Assembly: GCA_039586365.1 (NCBI GenBank)
Contig: JBDHKN010000007.1
Location: 30,358 to 94,357, forward strand
Length of the DNA stretch: 64,000 nt
Source: Gemmatimonadota bacterium
GTDB taxonomy: Bacteria; Gemmatimonadota; Gemmatimonadetes; Gemmatimonadales; GWC2-71-9
Direction of reading: 5' to 3'
The notes beneath the pieces were generated by a model. It was not told where the DNA came from. It did not search any database and saw only the letters and a program-made list of their open reading frames with translations. A program made the translations under genes and the position numbers. How positions within the stretch are numbered: position 1 is the stretch's first letter; each line of letters starts with the position of its first letter. Below are positions 49,969-59,049 of the stretch, one piece after another.

Positions 49969-50499
49969 TCACCGCTCCAAGTTCCTGACTCGCGGCTCAC
50001 CACTCCCCCGCTTCACATTCAATAGGCCCCCAGCGATCGACAGCGCGAACAGAATGACTCCCACGGCCACAAAGCTCTGGCCGATGCCCTGATCGCGGTG
50101 CAGCAAGCCCAGCTCGCCGAGTATGTAGGCCCAATCATGCTCACCACCACCCACGAGGGGCAATTCCAGACTGCGAGCATCCTTCACATATACCGAGATA
50201 TTCCAGAGGTTCTGGGCAACCCACCAAAGTACGACATAGGCTGCATAGCGATTGCCGTGATAGAGGAAATAGCCCAAGAAAGTGAGGGGAATGATCAGCT
50301 GGAACAGCGTCCCACCGAGGAATCCGACGAACTCCCCCAATAGCCCGAAGAACACGTGCCCAGCCTCGTGAATCGCGAGATCTACATTATCGAGTAATCT
50401 GAATGTGCTGGGGTCGTGCAGAATGATGAGCCCGTAGACCGCCAAGAACAGCATGAGAGCAGCCTTAGCTTTCGGAGTCAGATCTGTGGACAGATCCAT
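49969..50499 (-). CDS. Membrane protein with HExxH motif (M50B-like)
   Basis: IHEAGH, Y..DA...LPL.GG..HDW motifs; 4-5 TM helices. Confidence 0.75.
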   Translation of the reverse strand: MDLSTDLTPKAKAALMLFLAVYGLIILHDPSTFRLLDNVDLAIHEAGHVFFGLLGEFVGFLGGTLFQLIIPLTFLGYFLYHGNRYAAYVVLWWVAQNLWNISVYVKDARSLELPLVGGGEHDWAYILGELGLLHRDQGIGQSFVAVGVILFALSIAGGLLNVKRGSGEPRVRNLER

Positions 50500-50571
50500 G
50501 ATCGCTTGCTACGCCACACCTTAGAGTGTCGGAATCGAAGTTCTCCAGCTGGCTCCGCGATGCTGGATGGG

Positions 50572-53500
50572 TTACTCCCGTGGTACGACCACCGCTGGAA
50601 TGCCACTTTGCGCAACCAGGGAGTTGAACCTTCCCAAGTCTTCGCCCAGAAGGCCCTCCAACGCCGCCCGGAAGACTGACCATTGTGCCTTGAGGTCTTC
50701 GAACATCTGCCGGGCCCCGGCGGTCACAACCCCTTCAGCGCCCTCGACCACTCCCATGAGGTACGTGTAGTGGAAGTTGAGCCGTGAGGGGAAGTTGATT
50801 ACAGTCTGGCCGTCCACCGTTCGGTTCTGAACCAGTGAGTCCTCCATCGCAGCCAGTCTCTCAACCAACTCGGTAGCTGCTTCGGACACCACCTCCGCTC
50901 CATCTATCTCACTGATGCGTTGCATGAGATCCTCGAGCTGCTTCCGGACGGAGCGAAGCTGGATCACTCTCTCGTGAATCTCCAATAGCTCGCCAGAAAT
51001 CTCCGCCACCAGGTGATCTTGCTCCGTGAATTCCTGGTCCGTCGCATCCACTCGCGGATCTTTGAGCACGTTGAATACCTCTGTCCGAGTCTCCTCCCCA
51101 CTGGTGATGCGAACAGTATATGATCCCGGCACTACTCTCCGGCCCTGTAGAGTCCCGAATACGTACTGTCCGGGTACGTTCTTCACCGCCTCGTGGCGCA
51201 GGTCCCAGGCGAACCGATTGTGACCTTCTTTGACCTTGAGTAGCGTAGTTGAATCCGCCTCCTCTTCGTCTCTTGTGGCGCTCGAGAAAGACCGCACGAC
51301 GTTCCCCACTTCGTCTAGGAACTCGAGGGCAACGGTGCTGGAATCGGACACGGCCGACAGATAGAAGTCGACTACGGCACCGACCGGCGGGTTCTTGCCG
51401 AGGCCCGGGGCCGGCCCGCCGGACCCGCCACCTCCAGCAACTCGGTAGGCGTCACCCGGCCTGAACAAGTACGGCCCAGAAGTGGCGACCTGGTCGCTGA
51501 TCTGCTGGAGTGGTGACAAATCGTCGAGTATCCAGAATCCACGCCCACCTGTTGCGGCCACTAGGTCGTTGTCGCGCTGCTGCACTTCGAGGTCCGTGAT
51601 CGGAGTCACGGGCATATTGAGCTGGAGCGACTGCCACTGATTGCCTTCGTCCCACGATACATACACTCCGGCTTCGGTCCCGGCGTACAGAAGCCCGCGA
51701 CGTAGTGGGTCTTCCCGGACCACCCTTACGTGAGCTTCCGCCGCGATCCCAGTCACGACTCGCCGCCAACTCTGACCGTAGTCATCCGTCTTGTATATGT
51801 GGGGAGTGAAGTCATTGAACTTGTAGCGACTGAAGGCGATGTACGCAGCGGCAGGACGGTGCGGTGATACCTCGATGGCGTTGACGATTCCTTCCTCGAG
51901 ATCTGCCGGGGTCACATTCTCCCATTGCGTGCCACCGTTGCGAGTGAGGTGTACAAGTCCATCATCACATCCCACCCAGATGGTCTGTGCGTCATGCGGA
52001 GACTCGGCGACGTACATGATTGTGTTGTATATCTCACCACCGGCACCCTCATTTGTGATGGGGCCGCCTCCGGGACCTTGCTTGTCGTCTTCATCCCGCG
52101 TTAGGTCCGGACTCACCTCCGCCCACGTCCGGCCCCGATCGGCCGACCGCAACAACACATTGCCGCCATGGTATATCACTCTGGGGTCATGTTGCGACAC
52201 TACAATCGGGGCACTCCAGTTGAAGCGGTACTTCATATCGCGGGACGCCAAAGCTGCCGGAAGGATCGGGTAGGCCATGATATTGCGCGATGACTTAGTG
52301 CGCTCGTCGAACTCCTCTATCTGGCCCATGTAACAGCCACCGTAGTTCAGCAGAGGATTGTCGGGATCGAATGCCACGACCGCCGTCTCGCACCCCGCAA
52401 CCGCATACCAATCCTTCCATCCGATACCGCCAGGAGCCTGGCTCACGATGGCAACCGAAGTGTTGTCCTGTTGACCCCCGTACACGTAGTAGGGAAATCG
52501 GTTGTCGGTATTCACGCGATAGAATTGACCCGTGGGTTGGTTGTTCTGCGTGGACCATTTCCTTCCACCGTTCAGCGAGATGTTGGCACCACCGTCGTTC
52601 GCGTTTATCAGGTAGGCACTATTGGTCGGATTGATCCAAAGATCGTGGTTGTCTCCATGAGGAGTGGGAACCCTCGTGAAGCTCTTCCCTCCGTCGATTG
52701 ACTTCATCATCGGCGCGTTGAGAACCCACACCACGTCCGGATTCTGGGGGTCGGTGTGGAGGTGAATGTAGTACCAGGCGCGCGCTCGCAGTGTCCACGA
52801 CTCGTTGATGTTCTGCCAACTCTCGCCACCATCATCCGAGCGGAACAGTCCTCCGCCCGGGTCAGCCTCGATGAGGGCATATACGCGACTCGAGCTGGCC
52901 GACACCGATACCGCTGTCTTTCCAATCAACTCGGGCAGCCCGTCGGTGAGTCTCTTCCAACTGTCGCCACCATCAGTCGATTTGTAGATGCCACTTCCTG
53001 GTCCACCACTTCGCACCTTCCAAGGCAATCGCAAGTGATCCCAGAACGAAGCGTAGAGCACACGTGGGTTGTTGCGATCCAAGCTCAACGAGCTGGGGCC
53101 CGCTGTCTCACTCACATAAAGCACCTTGTCCCATGTCTTGCCTCCATCCCTGGAGACGTACACGCCGCGATCCTCCGTTGCGCCGTACGGCGTCCCCTGC
53201 GCCGCCACGTACACGATATCCGGATTGTGTGGATGCACTCTTATGCCGGAGATCTGCCGCGTGCGCTCCAACCCCATGTGCTGCCAAGTGCGACCAGCAT
53301 CGGTCGACTTGTACACCCCGTCGCCGTGCGACGTCATGACACCTCGGACAGCGTGTTCTCCCATTCCCACATACACCACGTTTGGATCCGACTCGGCCAC
53401 GGCGATTGCCCCTACCGACGATGTGCCGAATGTCGAGTCGGAAACGTTGTCCCAAGTCACACCGGCATCGGTGGTCTTCCACACCCCGCTTCCCACACCG

Positions 53501-53703
53501 CCGAAGTAATAGGTGATTGGGTCCGTCGCCACACCAGCGACTGCCACTGATCGACCGCCACGGAACGGGCCAATGTTGCGCCACTCCATCCCCTGAAACA
53601 GCTTGGGGTCGACCTGCTGCGCAGCGACGACAGTGGCAACGCACTCCAGCACAATTATCGACAGTCCGATGCAATGGCGATCAACACCGTGCACTTGTCT
53701 CAT
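50572..53703 (-). CDS. VPS10/BNR-repeat (sialidase-like beta-propeller) exported glycosyl hydrolase-like protein
   Basis: WRNIGPFRGGRS and repeated Asp-boxes KSTDAGxTW / RSDDGGESW; start placed at ATG 53703. Confidence 0.88.
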   Translation of the reverse strand: MRQVHGVDRHCIGLSIIVLECVATVVAAQQVDPKLFQGMEWRNIGPFRGGRSVAVAGVATDPITYYFGGVGSGVWKTTDAGVTWDNVSDSTFGTSSVGAIAVAESDPNVVYVGMGEHAVRGVMTSHGDGVYKSTDAGRTWQHMGLERTRQISGIRVHPHNPDIVYVAAQGTPYGATEDRGVYVSRDGGKTWDKVLYVSETAGPSSLSLDRNNPRVLYASFWDHLRLPWKVRSGGPGSGIYKSTDGGDSWKRLTDGLPELIGKTAVSVSASSSRVYALIEADPGGGLFRSDDGGESWQNINESWTLRARAWYYIHLHTDPQNPDVVWVLNAPMMKSIDGGKSFTRVPTPHGDNHDLWINPTNSAYLINANDGGANISLNGGRKWSTQNNQPTGQFYRVNTDNRFPYYVYGGQQDNTSVAIVSQAPGGIGWKDWYAVAGCETAVVAFDPDNPLLNYGGCYMGQIEEFDERTKSSRNIMAYPILPAALASRDMKYRFNWSAPIVVSQHDPRVIYHGGNVLLRSADRGRTWAEVSPDLTRDEDDKQGPGGGPITNEGAGGEIYNTIMYVAESPHDAQTIWVGCDDGLVHLTRNGGTQWENVTPADLEEGIVNAIEVSPHRPAAAYIAFSRYKFNDFTPHIYKTDDYGQSWRRVVTGIAAEAHVRVVREDPLRRGLLYAGTEAGVYVSWDEGNQWQSLQLNMPVTPITDLEVQQRDNDLVAATGGRGFWILDDLSPLQQISDQVATSGPYLFRPGDAYRVAGGGGSGGPAPGLGKNPPVGAVVDFYLSAVSDSSTVALEFLDEVGNVVRSFSSATRDEEEADSTTLLKVKEGHNRFAWDLRHEAVKNVPGQYVFGTLQGRRVVPGSYTVRITSGEETRTEVFNVLKDPRVDATDQEFTEQDHLVAEISGELLEIHERVIQLRSVRKQLEDLMQRISEIDGAEVVSEAATELVERLAAMEDSLVQNRTVDGQTVINFPSRLNFHYTYLMGVVEGAEGVVTAGARQMFEDLKAQWSVFRAALEGLLGEDLGRFNSLVAQSGIPAVVVPRE

Positions 53704-54146
53704 CTTGTCACCCTGGTGTGAGTTTACTCTGGGATTCGAACATCCTATCTGCAATTGGCGATCTCGAGCAGATCGCCGAGGAGCGACGCAGAGTAAGATG
53801 CACCACCAGACCAGAGGACGCGAGTGCAGAGCAAGCCTGCGCCACACGCGTGGAAGCCCCATAGCTGCCATTTTTCCTGGTCACTACAAAGATCGGAACA
53901 TCGTTGTCAGAATGGACTCAGCTACTCCCTAGGCTAAATACGAACCGGCGCGGCGTATGATTCCAACCAGGCGTCAAAGCACGGCCGCCAGAGCAACTCC
54001 AGACGCCCCTTGCAGTTGGCGGCTTCTGGGCCCACGTTACGTACCTTCCATATATCGAATCCCCAACATTTGAAACGGATTTTTGCGTTGGGAAGGCGAA
54101 CGGTGAGGGCTCGCCAGTATGGCGAGCCGGAAAGGAGAAACAGAAC

Positions 54147-55244
54147 ATGCCCAGCCACATTTCGCGCCGGCTCTTCTTCCGTCAAGGCGCCACGCTGGGT
54201 GCGGGCGCCCTGTTGTATCAACCCTCCAACCTGTTCCCGAGCCCAGGTACCACGGTCAACAGGTTCGGCGCCTCCCAGAGAAATACCACACCGTTCATAA
54301 TCACCAGCCACTCGAACGATACCGGGAGAGCTGGGGTAGAGGCGGCCTGGGATATCCTGGCCGGTGGTGGCTCCTCCCTGGACGCAGTCGAGAAGGCCGC
54401 GAACATCATAGAAGTCGATCCGGAGGACACCAGCGTGGGCTATGGAGGTCTTCCCAACGAGCGAGGCGTGGTGCAGCTGGATGCATCGATCATGGATGGT
54501 AAGACCTACAGTGCCGGATCGGTCGCTGCGCTCGAAAACATCAAGACTCCTTCTTCAGTAGCTCGCCTCGTCATGGAGCGGACTGACCATGTGATGTTGG
54601 TGGGTGCCGGAGCTCTTGAGTTCGCCAAATCATGGGGGTTTCAAGAGGAGGATCTACTTACTGACAAGGCCCGTGAGCGTTGGCTCAGGTGGAGAGAGAT
54701 GCACAGCGAACAGGACGACTGGGGACCTCCGGAGCATCTGAAACGGCCGGCTGACCGTGGGTCCTCGAGCAACCAACTGCTCGACTTCACCTATGGAACC
54801 GTCAACGTGCTGGCAGTGGACGCAAGTAGCAATGTCGCGGGAATCACAACCACCAGCGGTCTGAGCTACAAGATCCCAGGTCGGATTGGTGACTCCCCCA
54901 TCATCGGAGCAGGCCTGTATGTCGATAATACAGTGGGTGCAGCAGGAGCCACCGGGCGAGGTGAAGATGTTATCAAATCCTGCGCGTCCTACTATATGGT
55001 CATGCGGATGAAGGATGGACGCTCACCCCAGCAGGCGTGTGAGGACGCCCTGAACATGATCGCTGAGCGGTATCGGGCGGTAGGACTCGACTACCTGCCC
55101 GGGGAGAAGTTCGTAGCCATGAACGTGGAAGGTGCCTACGGCTGCGCCGCCACCAGTGGTCAGCGCCCGCCGCGCATGACCGTGAGGAACCAATCCGGTT
55201 CGAGCATCTACGAAGGCAGCATTGCGTTTCCGTCTGAAGGATAG
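54147..55244 (+). CDS. Asparaginase_2 Ntn-hydrolase (glycosylasparaginase/isoaspartyl peptidase family), Tat signal
   Basis: SRRLFF, SVGYGGLPN, LDASIMDG, nucleophile G|TVN, GRIGDSPIIGAG, TGRGE. Confidence 0.92.
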   Translation: MPSHISRRLFFRQGATLGAGALLYQPSNLFPSPGTTVNRFGASQRNTTPFIITSHSNDTGRAGVEAAWDILAGGGSSLDAVEKAANIIEVDPEDTSVGYGGLPNERGVVQLDASIMDGKTYSAGSVAALENIKTPSSVARLVMERTDHVMLVGAGALEFAKSWGFQEEDLLTDKARERWLRWREMHSEQDDWGPPEHLKRPADRGSSSNQLLDFTYGTVNVLAVDASSNVAGITTTSGLSYKIPGRIGDSPIIGAGLYVDNTVGAAGATGRGEDVIKSCASYYMVMRMKDGRSPQQACEDALNMIAERYRAVGLDYLPGEKFVAMNVEGAYGCAATSGQRPPRMTVRNQSGSSIYEGSIAFPSEG

Positions 55245-55313
55245 GGTGTTGCAGCGGATTGAGTTCCCTGCGCCAACCCTGAGAAAACCACGGCTATCTA
55301 TGAGGAGCAGACA

Positions 55314-56774
55314 ATGCGACCGGCCGTCAGGTTCCTAGACGACGAGCTGCTGGAGCGAATCGTCGCTGAGGCACGGAGTCTCCTGAGCGAACTCGGTGTG
55401 GAGATCCACAATCCCGCTGTACTGTCGCTGCTGTCGGATCACGGAGCGCGCGTTGAGGCCGGAAAGAACCGGGCCTTCATATCCGCAGACATCGTGGACA
55501 TGGCGCTGAAAACCGCTCCCAATGGTTTCGCACTCTACGATGTACACGGACGTCAAACGCATGACCTGTCAGGCACCAACGTCCATTTCACGCCGGGCTC
55601 AGCAGCCATAAATGTCCTGGTCTATGACACACAGGACATCCACCCACCCACTACACGGGATTACCTCGAGTATGTAAAGGTCGTTGCTCAGCTGGACCAC
55701 ATAGCTTCTCAGAGCACAGCATTAGTTCCCGCTGACGTTCACCAGAACGTATCCGACAGCTACAGGCTCTTTCTCAGCCTCATGTTCGGCGAGAAGCCGG
55801 TGGTCACCGGGGCGTTCACCATCGACGCACTCAATATCATGAGGGAGCTGCAACTCGTCGTGCGTGGAACCAAGGAGGAGCTTGCAGCGAGACCGCTGAC
55901 AGTGTTTTCCTGTTGTCCGACCGCACCCCTCAAGTGGAGCGACGTCACCTCGCAGAATTTGGTTGACTGCGCCGCATACTCGATTCCGGTGGAGTATGTG
56001 GCGATGCCACTGTCTGGCTTTGTAGCTCCGGTCACACTCGTAGGTACATTGGTGCAGCATACTGCCGAAACCCTGAGCGGGATCGTCATCAGCCAACTAG
56101 CGAACCCCGGCACGCCGGCGTTGTACGGGGGGTCTCCGGCAATCTTTGACGTGCGCTATGAGACCACCCCCATGGGTGCGATTGAGACGATGATGATCGA
56201 CTGCGCCTATAACGAGATCGGCAAGTTCTTGGGGCTGCCTACGCAAGCTTACATGGCTCTGAGTGACGCCAAGCAACTCGATGCGCAGGCTGGGTTGGAG
56301 TCGTCGATGGGCGCTACTTTGGCCGCCCTGGCCGGCATCAACAACGTCTCGGGACCGGGGATGCTCGACTTCGAGAGCTGTTTCAGCCTCGAAAAACTGG
56401 TGGTCGATAACGAGATCTGCGGTATGGCGTTGCGACTCGTGCGGGGAATCGTTCCGCAAGAAGACTTTCCAGCTCTTGAGCGGTTCCAGGAACTACTCGA
56501 AGATCAACATCTGCTGATATCGAAGCACACACGCAAGTATCTCCGGCATGAGCACTATATGCCGGGGATTGCAATTGACCGTGCCAATCGTTCGCGCTGG
56601 CGCGAGGAAGGAAGCAGGACTCTCGACCGGCGAGCGCATGACGAGGTCATGAGGCTCATCGCCTCGCACGACCCCTCTCGACTGCCAGAGGACATCCGGC
56701 GAGAGATGACGAAGCTCATGTTGGATGAAGTGAGGCGCCATGGCATGGGCACGCTCCCCCACGAGAGCTCATGA
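55314..56774 (+). CDS. Trimethylamine methyltransferase (MttB) superfamily, non-pyrrolysine
   Basis: PVTLVGTLVQHTAETLSGIV..QL..PG.P, SDAK..DAQAG.E, GMLDF...S.EKLV.DNE; no in-frame TAG. Confidence 0.92.
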   Translation: MRPAVRFLDDELLERIVAEARSLLSELGVEIHNPAVLSLLSDHGARVEAGKNRAFISADIVDMALKTAPNGFALYDVHGRQTHDLSGTNVHFTPGSAAINVLVYDTQDIHPPTTRDYLEYVKVVAQLDHIASQSTALVPADVHQNVSDSYRLFLSLMFGEKPVVTGAFTIDALNIMRELQLVVRGTKEELAARPLTVFSCCPTAPLKWSDVTSQNLVDCAAYSIPVEYVAMPLSGFVAPVTLVGTLVQHTAETLSGIVISQLANPGTPALYGGSPAIFDVRYETTPMGAIETMMIDCAYNEIGKFLGLPTQAYMALSDAKQLDAQAGLESSMGATLAALAGINNVSGPGMLDFESCFSLEKLVVDNEICGMALRLVRGIVPQEDFPALERFQELLEDQHLLISKHTRKYLRHEHYMPGIAIDRANRSRWREEGSRTLDRRAHDEVMRLIASHDPSRLPEDIRREMTKLMLDEVRRHGMGTLPHESS

Positions 56775-57484
56775 GCGAGATCCTGGAATTATCCGTCGCT
56801 GAGCTCATGCCTGATACGACGGCCGTGTTGGAGAATCAAGGCGTTCCTGCCGGAACAACTGTCAGCGAGCAGATCGAGGATCTCTACTACGTGGCTTGCC
56901 GACTGCTTGCAGAAACGGCAACACCGGTGGGCGTGTTGAGCGAGATCTCCAACTCTGACTTCGCGCATGTGTACTCGGGGGAGGGCAGAAACGAACTACG
57001 AACCCCTGTCGGCGACATGTTCGAGCGAGCAGATCACCTGGCGCTTTTTGCGGTGACGTTGGGAGAACGGCCAGGTCATGAAATCGGGAGCCTTTTCGAA
57101 TCGAACGATTTCGCGCTCGCATGCATGCTTGACTCCACAGCATCGCTGGCGGCCGATAGAGCCGCCGCAGTCACCGAGCGACAATTCAGCGAGGTACTGC
57201 AAACAACCGGGCGCACGACACCGGCGACAGGGGTCCTGCGGTACAGTCCAGGTTATTGCGGCTGGCACATCAGCGGGCAGAAGAAACTCTTCGAGTTCTT
57301 GCGGCCAGAACAGATTGGACTGACACTGAGAGAGAGTTTTCTGATGGAACCGCTGAAATCAGTTTCCGGCGTCATCGTCGCCGGCCATAGAGATATCCAC
57401 AACTTTCCAATCTCTTATAACTGCTGCAGCGATTGCGACACGCGCAGCTGCCGCCGGCGGTTGCGGACGCTGTTTGCTGGTTAG
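56771..57484 (+). CDS. Stand-alone cobalamin-dependent methionine synthase activation (SAM-binding) domain protein
   Basis: FAVTLG, RYSPGYCGW..GQ, IG.TL..SFLM.P.KSVSG; Cys-rich tail CSDCDTRSC. Confidence 0.85.
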   Translation: MSEILELSVAELMPDTTAVLENQGVPAGTTVSEQIEDLYYVACRLLAETATPVGVLSEISNSDFAHVYSGEGRNELRTPVGDMFERADHLALFAVTLGERPGHEIGSLFESNDFALACMLDSTASLAADRAAAVTERQFSEVLQTTGRTTPATGVLRYSPGYCGWHISGQKKLFEFLRPEQIGLTLRESFLMEPLKSVSGVIVAGHRDIHNFPISYNCCSDCDTRSCRRRLRTLFAG

Positions 57485-57487
57485 AGT

Positions 57488-58150
57488 GTGAACCAAGTAC
57501 GGAGTCTAAACATGGATCTTCTTGCCGAGATCGCCAACGGCGTGATCAACGGAGATGACGAACGGATTGCACGAATGACCCGAAAGGTAATTGACCAAGG
57601 TACCTCGCCAAAAACCATATTGGATGACGGGCTCATCGCCGGAATGAACGTGGTGGGGGAACGATTCAAGGCGCACACTATCTTCCTGCCGGACGTGCTC
57701 CTTGCGGCCAAGGCGATGTATGCGGGCCTGGATCTGCTGAAGCCCCTGTTGATCGAACAAGGATTCCCTCCGATGGGCAGGGTGGTCATCGGTTCGGTGC
57801 GGGGAGACCTACATGACATCGGCAAGAACCTGGTCAGCATAATGTTGAAGGGGGCTGGGTTTGAGATCATCGACTTGGGCAACGACGTTCCACCAGAGAC
57901 AATGGTTGAGTCAGCCGTAAGAAACGAAGCCACTGTCATCGGTATGTCAGCCCTGCTCACCACGACCATGCCAGTGATGGGTCAGGTCGTTGAGATGCTG
58001 TCTCAGAAAGGGTTAACCGGCAAGATCAGGACTATCGTTGGTGGTGCACCCGTGAGTAGCGAGTTTGCCCGGGAAATCGGCGCCGACGCATATGGCTTTG
58101 ACGCTGCAAATGCGGTGGACCGAGTTAAGAGTCTCTTCAACGTTGTCTGA
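57488..58150 (+). CDS. Cognate corrinoid (B12-binding) protein
   Basis: Cap domain GLIAGM..VG..F, DLHDIGKN (DxHxxG), SALLTTTM, VGGAP. Start at 57488 (GTG) or 57512 (ATG). Confidence 0.93.
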   Translation: MNQVRSLNMDLLAEIANGVINGDDERIARMTRKVIDQGTSPKTILDDGLIAGMNVVGERFKAHTIFLPDVLLAAKAMYAGLDLLKPLLIEQGFPPMGRVVIGSVRGDLHDIGKNLVSIMLKGAGFEIIDLGNDVPPETMVESAVRNEATVIGMSALLTTTMPVMGQVVEMLSQKGLTGKIRTIVGGAPVSSEFAREIGADAYGFDAANAVDRVKSLFNVV

Positions 58151-59033
58151 CAGAACACCGCTGGACCAGCGACTCGCCTCCGGTGAGATACTGGTAGCTG
58201 ACGGCGCAATGGGCACTCTGCTGTTCGAGAGGGGCCTGGACCCGGGTGCGTGCCCTGAATCCATCACACTTGCCCATCCGGAGGTTCTCGAGGAAATCGC
58301 GCGCCTCTACTTGGAAGCCGGTGCAGACATAATCGGGACCAACACCTTCGGCGGCTGCCCCCTGAAGCTAGCTGCCTACGGGCTCGCGGACAGCACCAAC
58401 GAGATCAACACACGCGCTGTAACCGCTGTCCGCAACGCGGTGGAGGACCGCGCATACGTGGCCGGGTCCGTTGGTCCCTGCGGCAAGCTGCTCACACCGT
58501 ACGGCGATGCCAAGCCGGAGGAAGTGTACGGGAGTTTTTTGAGGCAGGTTGAGAGCCTCATTGCCGCCGGAGTTGACTGCATTTGCGTTGAGACCATGAT
58601 CGATCTCACGGAGGCGAAACTGGCTGTGCGAGCCGTAAAGGATGTTTCCCCTCGGACACCGGTCACTGCCAGCATGACGTTCGATGCCACGCCTAACGGG
58701 TTCTTCACGATCATGGGAGTGAGCGTTGCGGACGCCGTAGCCGGACTCACCGAAGTAGGGGCCGACGCGATCGGGTCAAACTGTGGTAACGGCAGCGAAA
58801 AGATGGTTGAGATCGCGCGAACCTTCCGGAGCGTCAGCCAGCTCCCTCTCACTATTCAGCCCAACGCGGGCCTTCCTCACATAACCAACGGCAAAGCGGT
58901 GTATGACGAGACGCCCACATTCATGGCCGAGCAGGCGAGGGCGCTAATTTCGATCGGCGTATCAATCATCGGTGGGTGTTGTGGGACCACGCCGGAACAT
59001 GTCGCCACACTAAGAGCGATGATTGACGAATGA
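58143..59033 (+). CDS. Homocysteine S-methyltransferase (MetH N-terminal Hcy-binding domain, stand-alone)
   Basis: DGAMGT, AGAD.I.TNTF, GS.GP, ETM.D, Zn ligands GSNCG and GGCCGT. Likely TTG start at 58143, overlapping the corrinoid gene stop. Confidence 0.92.
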   Translation: MSDRTPLDQRLASGEILVADGAMGTLLFERGLDPGACPESITLAHPEVLEEIARLYLEAGADIIGTNTFGGCPLKLAAYGLADSTNEINTRAVTAVRNAVEDRAYVAGSVGPCGKLLTPYGDAKPEEVYGSFLRQVESLIAAGVDCICVETMIDLTEAKLAVRAVKDVSPRTPVTASMTFDATPNGFFTIMGVSVADAVAGLTEVGADAIGSNCGNGSEKMVEIARTFRSVSQLPLTIQPNAGLPHITNGKAVYDETPTFMAEQARALISIGVSIIGGCCGTTPEHVATLRAMIDE

Positions 59034-59049
59034 CGGTTCCTGTTTGGCG

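Noticed and set aside
54071..54096. TGAAAC upstream of the asparaginase-MttB operon as another ECF promoter
   Set aside because: No CGTA-like -10 element at 16-17 nt spacing.
55314..56774. Pyrrolysine recoding in MttB
   Set aside because: There is no in-frame TAG, the equivalent position is Leu, and no pyl genes are in the window.
58065..58142. Long overlap or possible frameshifted fusion of the corrinoid and Hcy-methyltransferase genes
   Set aside because: The domain order is the reverse of MetH, and a TTG start at 58143 gives an ordinary 8-nt coupled overlap.
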